Origin: Thalia democratica
Lineage: Eukaryota
Length of the DNA stretch: 64,000 bases
Direction: 5' to 3'
Assembly: GCA_965202585.1 (NCBI GenBank)
Contig: OZ241830.1
Coordinates: 40,920,001 to 40,984,000, forward strand
Position 1 is the stretch's first letter, and each line of letters starts with the position of its first letter. The notes below the pieces were generated by a model. It had not been told where the DNA came from, did not search any database, and worked only from the letters and a program-made list of their open reading frames with translations. This document shows positions 13,392 through 22,879 of the stretch, one piece after another. The translations under genes were made by a program, and so were the position numbers.

Positions 13392-16300
13392 GTTTGTCTC
13401 AGTGTTTTTTCTAAACGTAAATCTCGAACTAAGCTTGTTGTATTAAAGTGCTTAGTTCTATAAAAAAGTTTAATTATCTTCTACTCTCTAACAAGTAGTA
13501 TTTTAGTAGTAACTCTGTATTTTGCAAGTTTTTTACGCAAGTAATTTTGAACTATGTGGTAAGAAAAAAATTAAATATTGTCAAAATATATTTTTCCTAG
13601 CTTTTATTAAAAGCTTTAATAAGAGCTAGAAAGTATTTAATTAGAATTGCTACATAATTGTTTTAACAAATTTTGTATAATGTTATAAAAACTAGTAGTA
13701 TTTTTTAAAGCTTTTGATAATTAAGCTGTACATAACTAAGTTTTCAGCATTAAACACTTAAAATCTTAAGCTAATTATTTTTGAAATCAAACGTTTAGTT
13801 GTAATCATAGTTATTTTCTATTTTTGTTATCTTTTCTTAAATAGTTTTGTAAACTTGGTTTAATTTTTCATTAGTTTACCATTTTATGTGTCTAAATTTT
13901 TTTTTAGGTTTAAGTTTCATTGGTCAAGAGTTCATTTTAACTTAACAAAGAATGCAAGAGTGTGTGAAGGAGAAGTTTTCAGCATTGAAGTTTCAAGAAA
14001 GGGCAATTTAGACCACTCTTTGTTTGCTGAAGTTGAAGTTACTAACAAGAACAACAAAATAATAAATTCTGCTTTTCACAACAACTTTACCCGGCATGTT
14101 CAACTTGATCCGGGTAATTATAAAACACGTTTTTTTTAACAGCTTGATGTTGATGAAAATAATAAAGCTTTAAAAAAGTATGCATTAAAAAGTAATGTTT
14201 TAAAACTCATTTTTGAATGTATAAATTTTAAAAGTTAGGTTGTCCATTGTATTTTTTATTAGTCTTTAACTGTAACTGTTTAAAAGAAAGACAAACTAAA
14301 AATAAGTTAAGGTGGCGCTTAAAAGTAAAATAAAATAATTCTTACTGACAAAGGATTAAGGAAAGATGTTTGGCAATTGTGGACAAAAGACGACCACCTC
14401 GAAGGTCTTAGTAAAAAATTGAAAATAAAGTTCACAAATTTCGTAAATTCCGTACCTCAACTGTTCAGGCTTATAAGAATTAAACCATTCACGCTTACTG
14501 TACTTGATTCAAGTAATAAAAGATGTGGAAAACGTTAGCAAATTTAATATTGAAATATTTTTATAATGACCTTAATAATACATAAATGCAAACTAAATGT
14601 ACTATTTCTTAAAGGTGTAACAAAGCAGAATCACATAAAAGCAAAAGTTGTCCACAACATGGTAAACGATCGACCCACAGTAGGAAACGATAATAGTAAG
14701 TTTTACTTGTTACTACCGTTTATTTATACTGTTTATTGAACAACAAATAAAATGGCTGAAAATTTTTGGTCCTAAGACCTGGTGCATGAAAAAACCTTTT
14801 GGTTATCGAGTCGCACACCAATTGGATACCTTTTAATGTCTATATAAAAAAAAATGAAGTAATAAAAAAAATTTTTTATAAACAATATGCAAAAAACAAA
14901 TACTATATTTATAAATAAATCATTAAAGTTGTAGTTTTACAACAAACTATATATTGCAGCTATGTTACAAAAACATGGAAAAGTTGGTGGCACAGAAATT
15001 TATACTGAACATTATTCTTCGTCTTTGACAAATGGGACACAAAAGTGGACTGTTAGTATGGTCTAAAAAAATAATTTTAAATTTACTCCTGTAAAGTATC
15101 TTAAATTATCTGTCTTAATGCTCAAAATTCTAATTTCAGATTCATGCATTATCATCGATTTCGATAAACGATGGTGAAACTGTAGATAGTTTCGAAGATA
15201 GGCCCTCACATACTGATCTCAACAACAATGATGTAATAAATAGTTACTTAGATAAAAAAGACAACAATACTCAATTAAATTCTAAAAGTAACGTAATAAA
15301 GAATTTCTGGAATAAAAAAATAATAGATAATGAAGAAAGCTTAAAAGAAGATTACGCTAAAAGCGGTAATTTTGAGAAACTTATACAGCAAGATGAAGCC
15401 AACCTTCAGAAAGGTAAACTAGTTTATAAAGTTTGTAAGATTACGAGATCAGTAGTCAAACTTTCGTTTATAGTCGGTAAAAGTTTGATTATTTGCTTTA
15501 AAAAATCAAGTTACAGAGTCAAAGTAGTGTGTTAATGCCTTAGTTCCGCTTTTAACTACTTGAAACAAGGTTATCATTATAACGATAAGTTGTTATTAGA
15601 ACTAGCTATTTTCATGTTTTTTATCTATAATATTTGATTAATAAAAAGTAAAACAAGATGTACTTTACTTAAGCACGTTGTTTGATTTTAAAAACCTTGT
15701 ACATTATTTCATTTTGAAAAGAGTTATGCGAAACAAAATAATTTTTAATCATATTACAGAAATATTAAACGTACCAAGAAAAAGAATGTACAAAAAAAGA
15801 AACGAGGAAATAAATAAATTAGTAAGAAATCTAGCTCAAGTAAGACTTGTTAATCTTAAAACAAAACGCTGCAATTTAAAACTACATTTTAATTTTAAAA
15901 AGTTTTACACCATCCAATAAACAATTGGTCGGCAGCCTTAAATAAATAAAGAGAGATTCTTTTCTTTAAAAATTACTCGCAGGCCGCATTGTATAAAAAA
16001 TAGTCTCTCGCAGGCTGCAATTACTTAAAATTTTTCTAGTAATCATAATTATTACTATTTTAAATTATAATTGCGATAATATATGTAATAAAAAGCCAAA
16101 ATCTAATTGTATTAATAAATGACATCGCGGGCAGCATTTGTTGATTGCTGCAATAAACATTACAAGTTTTTAAAATATAAGTTAATTAGACGACAAATAA
16201 AGCGCTCAAAAAGTTTGGTGAAGGACCTGGTGTACGAAAAATCCTTTCGGTTATCGAGACATGCATCACGGCTACAATTAAATGTATCATTAAACACCAC

Positions 16301-18212
16301 ATTTAAGCTACAATTTTACTTAATCACAAAAAAAAAGTCCTTCACTATAGAATTATCGACAATTTAAGCATTGTCTAGTAAATTGCAACAAAAATATTAG
16401 TTCTTGCTTTTAATCGTTTTCATCTAGTTGGTATATCAAAAACTGTAATTTAATAAAACGTAAACCGGTACAACTAGCCGTTACGGTATATCAAGTATGG
16501 CTTTATTTTATATTTCAATTGGTGCCATAAAAGTTTTATTTAATGATAGTCTTATTTATAATGTTTTTTAAGTCTATCTGAAAATTTATATTCAGTTACT
16601 CATTAACTTTAATAAACATAACTTTTTGTTTCAAGTAAAACACTAATTTAAACAGTATAAAAGTTAGTTTTATGTTTTTATTTACTCAAACAGATTTGTA
16701 TCGTAAAAAATAAATTTAATAATAAAATCAAAAATTAGTTTGTAGTATATATTTACTTCTAGTTTTTTTTTGAATAAAGGCTAGTGTTTATGTACTTTGA
16801 GTATGAATTCAAAAACGTATTTTTTTTGTTGAAGCTACTGATCATCAAAAAAGTTGTCTTAGTATTGTTTATTATTCTCTTGTCAAAGTATCCGTTAGTA
16901 GGCGTAATAGATCAAAATATGGTTAACCACTAATCTTTGTTGAGATATCTATGTTATTAGCGTTTCTTAAGTGAATTGTTATACTAATACTTGATTTTAA
17001 TTTTTTTCGACTAATAAGATTTAATCATTTGCGCCTAGATTTGTTTCTTAAAAAAAGACTAACTCCTGATTATCGCGTTTTTTAAATACTAATACATATT
17101 TATTTACTTCTTATTTAAATTCTATACTTTTATATAACATTTATTTTTATTTAAATTTTACTCTGCTACTTATATATTTTAAAGTATTTGTTATAGTTAT
17201 TATACGCTTTTTTATCAAAAACTAGGTCACTTTGTTTCAGATCGTTAAGTTTTAATTAAAAAACTTTCAAACTGACAGCCTAACGCTCAAACAAAAAATC
17301 GTCCTACAATTTCTAAAAGTCGTTGTAATGAAAATAGCAGAGGTGAGATACAGACGGAATCCAGCAACATTTATGTGTGTAATGGAGCTAAGTGGATTAG
17401 ATGGAAGCCTAAAACAAGTAAAAAGAAAAAGAAGTGTGATTATAACTGGAAGCAAATTGCAAACAGGTTAATTTATCTAATTCTATGTATTTTTTATAAG
17501 CTCTAGGTAAACTTCTGGATGACCGTCATGTGTTTTTGAGCATTAAAACAAAAATACAGTTTAGTACTTATTTTACTAAAGTATGAAGCAGCTTTTTAAA
17601 CAGTTAACATTATGGTTTAACAGTTAACTCCCTTATTTACCTATCTAATAAGGTAGTTCTCGTTTTTAAGTAAAAATAAACATGTTTTTACAACTCAAAA
17701 CCTTTAAAGTCTTTTGTTGACGTTTAAACCATGTTATAGTTGAAAATAACGTGATAGGTGTGTATACGTCACAAAAACAAAACGTGAGCTTTTTTCCACT
17801 TGGAATGAGGCGTCCATGTACTGCAGGGAACACTACTCTGCGTCCCTGGTCACTATAGGCAGCCAAAAAGAAATGGACCAGCTGTGGCGATTTACCAAGT
17901 TTTCTCCGTTTTGGTTTGGTGAGTACCTGGAAACAAGCACGAATATATTCAAATGTTTTATTTTTATACAAAAGTCACCATATTTAGAAAAAAGTTTATT
18001 TAAAACATTATTTTAAAGGTCTCAATCGTAAACTGGATATGGACACTTGGGAGTGGTTGAACAGCAAAGGCATGTCCTACCTCAACTGGTCACCGGACCA
18101 CCCGCACCGCAGTGACGAGTGCGCGTACGTGGGCAGGAAGAAGCTGTGGAAGAGTTTCTCGTGCGAGGGAATTCACCCGAGAGGAGAAATAAAACTTGTG
18201 TGCGAAAAATAA
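1..18212 (+). CDS. FREM1: FREM1/QBRICK-like extracellular matrix protein, 5'-partial, multi-exon (CSPG repeats + Calx-beta + C-type lectin)
   Basis: Hand-traced exons: <1-79, 641-813, 1035-1128, 1295-1471, 1857-2023, 2266-2475, 2659-2830, 3135-3337, 3963-4099, 5510-5661, 6336-6477, 7219-7401, 7717-7934, 8306-8443, 8706-8803, 8994-9153, 9535-9725, 9952-10060, 10212-10346, 11125-11286, 11403-11640, 12026-12229, 12506-12622, 12927-13063, 13228-13391, 13908-14113, 14354-14533, 14615-14695, 14960-15051, 15140-15413, 17279-17466, 17758-17918, 18019-18212 (TAA 18210-18212). All joins are phase-consistent except 15413->17279 (see microexon finding). Recurring CSPG-repeat motifs include YxHDGSE..D..F..SDG, V.PVDDQPP and D.DT. 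The order CSPG repeats, single Calx-beta, C-terminal CTL is the FREM1 architecture; FREM2/3 and FRAS1 lack the CTL. Boundaries at 9952 and 14533 are less certain. Confidence 0.93.
13908..14533 (+). CDS. Calx-beta domain exons of the FREM1-like gene
   Basis: FKFHWSRVHFNLTKNARVCEGEVFSIEVSRKG...VQLDPG|LRKDVWQLWTKDDHLEG...LTVLDS matches the Calx-beta pattern (V.E..G...I.V.R.G ... F.PG ... DD..E ... I.D). Confidence 0.8.
14764..14820 (+). repeat. Short dispersed hairpin element, copy 1
   Basis: TTTGGTCCTAAGACCTGGTGCATGAAAAAACCTTTTGGTTATCGAGTCGCACACCA, homologous to 16204-16268 and 49361-49426. Confidence 0.8.
15927..16150. mobile_element. Degraded hAT-type MITE remnant
   Basis: GGTCGGCAGCC at 15927 resembles the CAGGGGTCGGCA TIR of the 19150 element. 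Repeated CTCGCAGGCCGCA / CTCGCAGGCTGCA / CGCGGGCAGCA motifs resemble its GCGGGCCGCA subterminal repeats. Confidence 0.5.
16204..16268 (+). repeat. Short dispersed hairpin element, copy 2
   Basis: GCTCAAAAAGTTTGGTGAAGGACCTGGTGTACGAAAAATCCTTTCGGTTATCGAGACATGCATCA. Confidence 0.8.
17279..18212 (+). CDS. Cys-containing spacer and C-type lectin domain exons (C-terminus) of the FREM1-like gene
   Basis: RCNENSRGEI..IYVCNGAKWIRW..KKCDYNWKQIANRCVYV..TWNEASMYCREHYSASLVTI..FWFGLN..WEWLNS..YLNWSP..ECAYV..WKSFSC..LVCEK*. The CTL Cys/Trp pattern and WIGL-like motif (WFGL) are present. Confidence 0.92.
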
Positions 18213-20466
18213 CATCAGGGTTGAGGCGTTTCTCGCGTAAGGAATTTTCAAATCGTTTTTCTGTTTTGTATTTTTTAAAGTTATTACAGCTTTTTTTTTA
18301 TTACAGTTCTTTAGTGAATGATTTGTTTTTAACTCTTGTTTAAAAAGTTTTTGTTAAAATAAATAAGTTACGAGTTAAATTAGAAAAGAAAACTAAAACC
18401 TTGGATTAAACTTTAACCAAAACAAAAAAAATAACATTTTTATTTTTAGCTAATAGGAACTTAGTGTAGAAACTCTTAAATAAAAAAGTATTTTAATAAA
18501 AGATACAAATATAATTTTTTTTTGTAGTTTTATAATTTTTTTTCTGTTATGTTTTACTTTTAGAGCACATGTACTGTAAAACTTTTTTATTTAAATATTT
18601 TTTTAGTTGTTTGAAAGTTTTTTTCACAACATAGAGCATAAACCAAACTTTAATTTAGTATTAAAAAAAACGAAGTTTGCTTTATTTATACTTTTTTTGA
18701 ACATAAAAAACAAACTTTTTCTGAATGTGTTTTTTAACTTATAAACAAATATAATTTTTGTCGTACCTAAAATAGTTCAATCTTAACTTAGACTTGTTTT
18801 ACTAGTTTGATTATTTATATACAAACTATAAAGGTATAAAAGTGTGTATTATAAAAAGTAAGAATGTTAAACCATGTAAAGTATTGGTTTGATTTTAGTA
18901 TAAGTTTTGTTTTGAAAACAAAATAATTATATAGATTTTTTAGAATTTAATTTTAAAATGTATTTTAAGTAGTTTGTTAACTTAATTCAGAACGCTTTAT
19001 ACGTAAAATAATGATTTAAAAAACTTTTACTTTATTGTTTAGTAGATTAAAAAGTATTTATTATCTAAACTTTAGGCTAACCCGAGAATGCAAATTATAA
19101 CCTACGTAGTATGTGGATTACTTAAAATAATAAACTTGTTTGGTTATTGCAGGGGTCGGCAAACTGCGGCCCGCGGGCCAATTGCACGTTATTTTTTTGA
19201 ATGGAATGCGGCCCGCGCCAGAAAATTTTGTGGCCCGTGAGCATGTAAATGTGGCCCGCTGAGCAAAAATATGTTTCAAGTTAATTTTTTTTTCGGTAAC
19301 TCGATTTAATTTGATTAGTTTGGTTTCAAGTCTCTGTATAACATTTAAAAATAATTAGAAGAAATTACTGCTTTAGTTTAAAAATGTGAAAAAGACAAAT
19401 TAGCATTTTAACAGGATACTTTTCTGAGTTTCATAATAACTTCTTTTTTACAACAGCAAGTAATTATCTGAAAAAAGAGTGTAAAGAGTGCTTGAACTTA
19501 ATAAGTTAGTTATATAATATCTATTTATTAAATAAACTAAATGCAAGTGTTTTCCATTTTGTACAAAAGTAATTCACAGTAATTAACTAAAGTGTCATTT
19601 CTTTATAGCTTAGATATTCTTTTTCACTGTTTTTTATACCTAAGTATAAAGAATTCTTTTATAGATTTTTCAATTTTTAAGTGTTATATTTTAGTGTAAA
19701 AATATTTAAAATAACATAGTAATAAGAAATAAGGGTTTTTTAATTTTTCTTTTGACACATTTTAATTTTTTAGAAGTTTTCTTTGAACTTAAATTAATTT
19801 ATATGCACACCAACTTAAAAAGATGCTCATATTTTAAACCACTTTTTATTTAATACTTTAGTTAGTCTAAGTTTAGTTTATGCATAATTATCTAACATTG
19901 TTGTTTCTACATGTATCATCTAAATTTGTATAGACTCATTTAAAAGAGTACGTATGATATAAATTAATATAGTTTTTGTTAGGTAAATATTTTCATTTTT
20001 CAAACATTGTTTTTGTAAAACTAAGTTAACTTTTATGCCTTGCATATCAATACACACATTTGCTGATTTTTGGAGCTACCTAATTAATATAAACTAGACT
20101 TAGGGATGGTAAATTTATCAAGGTTGTACACTGTTAATCAAAATAGTTCAAATTCAAGCTAATAAACAACTAAACATTGACACACACTTAGACTATCGCT
20201 ATTTGTAGACTTCAAATCTCAAGCCAACTAAGTCATTTTATAAGTTTTTGGCTAGAACTGTTTTTTGTATACAAAAATATCAGAAATGTTTTTGTTGACT
20301 TAGGCTGGCTTTTTGCTTGAAAGAGTGGCAAATTAAACTTATGATGTATGTTTTGCTCAATCCACAGTGTTAGTTTGAGTTATAATATATGTTAAATTTT
20401 AAGTCTTGCAGCTGATATAATTCAATATATTATTTATATTATTGTGTACATTTAAGTGTGAACAAT

Positions 20467-20770
20467 CAGTGTTGCCAAAAAAACTTGAATCCCGGAAAAG
20501 CTTTGAACTTGAAAATTAATGCTTAAAAGTTCTGGAAAAAAACTTGAATTTGAAATTTTTTGAATAAACCTGGAATTTCAAACAATTTTTCAATGTAAAG
20601 TAATAAAATTTCGATTTGACACAAAAAATTTAGCAAATAAACATTTCTTTATTAAAAAATATACTAAAGTAGCATAACAGTGATTTTTAATATTGATATA
20701 TTTTTTAAGACACATTATAAACTTTAATTAAACTTTATACTAAAATAAAAAGAAGGAGTTGTACTTCTAA
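20467..20770. mobile_element. Putative MITE-like insert nested in the hAT element
   Basis: Starts with CAGTGTTGCCA and carries short internal repeats (AAAAAACTTGAAT x2, (C)TGGAA x2). It shows no transposase-like reading and interrupts the collinear transposase remnants. The right boundary is uncertain. Confidence 0.4.
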
Positions 20771-20789
20771 AACCTTTGTATTGGTGCAT

Positions 20790-21140
20790 TGCAGCTTTAC
20801 TTGTAAAATTTCACCGATTGTTATGCTTCGTGTTGGAACTAAACCAAGAAATTCTACTAAAATGTCAAAGTTAGTAAAAACATCTCTAATAAAAATTCTC
20901 AGATGAGCAATATTTTTTCTATCAGTGTTCTCTTGTTAGCATATTGATTAAAGTATTAATTATTTAAGCGACTTTGTGACCTTAATGCATTTCCTAAATA
21001 CGAACTTTTGTTGTCATTGAAGAAATAAACAAAAGTTTTTCATTACTACCAACATAAATTCTTTAAAAAAGTTTTCAATTATAAACGGTATCTCATTTTA
21101 AATAATAAATTTTGCTACTTTATAACTTTCCTTAACAATT
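20790..21140 (-). pseudogene. hAT (SPIN/GTF2IRD2-like) transposase remnant
   Basis: Minus-strand peptides ESYKVAKFII*NEIPFIIENFFKEFMLVVMKNFC (~21030-21130) and QENTDRKNIAHLRIFIRDVFTNFDILVEFLGLVPTRSITIGEILQ (~20801-20935) resemble the SPIN/GTF2IRD2-type blocks SY.VA..IA...KPF.EGEFVKECM and DESTD..DTAQLAIFIRGVD.NF...EEFL.LVP...TTTG.DI. In-frame stops are present. Confidence 0.8.
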
Positions 21141-22547
21141 TTTTTCTGATAATTCTGTAGTTACTAAAGATAATCTTGTGCTTTGTTGGAACTGATTTTG
21201 GTGACTTGTTTTTTTATCGTTTCTCGCAATAACTCCTAACTAACTTTTTTATTTATTTTTGTAGCTCGTCTTATATTTTGCAATTAATATTTTTAAATGC
21301 AATATTCTTATTGCAGAAAAAGAATTGCTATAATGCTTAATAAAAAACAAGTTTTTCTATTTCGCTAATGACTCAATAAAGTTTAATACTTTTGTTAAAA
21401 TTGTTCGAGAGACTTAATTGTCCATTCCAGCTGACTTGTAAGTTTTTTTGGAATGTAATTTATTTACTGTTAATAACTTTCGTTATTTCTTTATGCTGTG
21501 AACTTAGTTTTAACTGGGTTGCTACACAAACAGGCTATTTTAATTGCTTAAAAACTTAGGTTTGTGTGAAACTTTTATTTCAAACACTTTAAAGAAATCT
21601 TTTAATTTCAAGAATTGTTTTTATGATTGTAGTGTAGTTTACTAATTGTAGTTTTTTCTTGTTTTCTTACACTTTGTGTACTTTTTGATGATGATGATAT
21701 TTTTACTAGGTATTTAAGCTTAATTAACAACGATTTATTAGTTTTTTCAACTTTTAATAAACTTAGGCTGGTTTGATACAACTCAGACATTTTTGCTTTT
21801 TAAGTGGCAACTATGTAAAACACTAGTTACTAATAAGATATTTTATTTAAGTATTCGAGAATTAATTATGTTAAAGAATTTGTTTTAGCTTTCTGGAATA
21901 CAAACAGGTATTAACTTTATTAAGTTTATTAATTACTAAATTTTTTAATTAATGTAAACTATTTAACACGCAAAAACATTTTTTTGAAGTAAATATTCTT
22001 AGAAATATAAAAAAAAGGGGTTAATAGTATAACAAATATATAAAAGTAACCCATAAATTGTCTTTCAAATTTGTTTTTTATAAAGAGCTAGGTTGTTAGT
22101 AAAGTTACAAAAGTATTAAGTTTAACTTATTAATGCTTATGAAAGTACATAGTTATTAACACTTAAATATATTAGTCAATGTAAATTTTATTCTAATAAA
22201 TGTTTATTTAAATAAGCATTCTATGTATAGCTAAAAGTCATTTAAAATGATAAAGTGAATAAAAGTAAAACTTTTCTCTCGTGTGACTAAAACTAAAACC
22301 AAAAGATTATTCAAATGTCACTAAAACTAAAACTGCGGCCCGCGAGGACTTCGTAAACTTGAAATTTGGCCCGCGACCACCAACTGCCTGCCGACCCCTG
22401 GCGTTATTGTGTAGTGTACATTTACACTAAAAGCCATAATTAGATTTAAACTTATTTATAACTAAATAACACTTAAGGAGGCTACTATATACGCTACTTA
22501 TAATAACTAGGCATGACAATAATTGGTTACTTTTTATTTTAGAAAAC

Positions 22548-22879
22548 ACTTTAAATGGAGCTAAATCTAAAAGAATGAGTTTACAAAATTTTAAAGCTTG
22601 AATAAGAATTAACTACTGATCTTTAAATTGTAAATCACTTTTCAGAAAATGTTATTGTTGAAAAAAAGAGTTTTACAATGAAAAATTTAAGTTATAATTA
22701 AGTTCAATTCTATAATTACATCTGTAGAGGTCTCTACTCGAATCTCACTGCAGTCAAACTGACACCTTCCCCACACACGCCTATATATAGTATATCTTTC
22801 TTCATAGTATTTTGTAACATCAGGCGTTTTTCCTAATAACTATTACTTTTTTTTTCCTTATTTAGACTCCATTTAAAGT
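22548..22879. mobile_element. MITE-like element with ~19-bp terminal inverted repeats
   Basis: ACTTTAAATGGAGCTAAA (22548-22565) versus TTTAGACTCCATTTAAAGT (22861-22879; reverse complement ACTTTAAATGGAGTCTAAA). The interior is non-coding and no TSD is clear. Confidence 0.55.

Larger units (their letters stand above)
19150..22401 (-). mobile_element. Decayed hAT DNA transposon (Buster/SPIN/Charlie-type)
   Basis: 12-bp TIR CAGGGGTCGGCA (19150-19161) and TGCCGACCCCTG (22389-22400). Clustered GGCCCGC subterminal motifs occur at both ends. Flanks GGTTATTG (19142-19149) and CGTTATTG (22402-22409) form a 7/8 NNNTANNN TSD typical of Buster-type hATs. Minus-strand transposase remnants lie inside. Confidence 0.9.

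Noticed and set aside
15678-16367. ORF-track ORFs 15678..15920 and 16119..16367
   Set aside because: Low-complexity K/N/I/L/F reads through intronic AT-rich DNA and repeat remnants.
3080-17971. Minus-strand ORFs overlapping FREM1 exons (3080, 5439, 8950, 11968, 17267, 17666)
   Set aside because: Antisense shadows of real exons, with no independent splice or start support.
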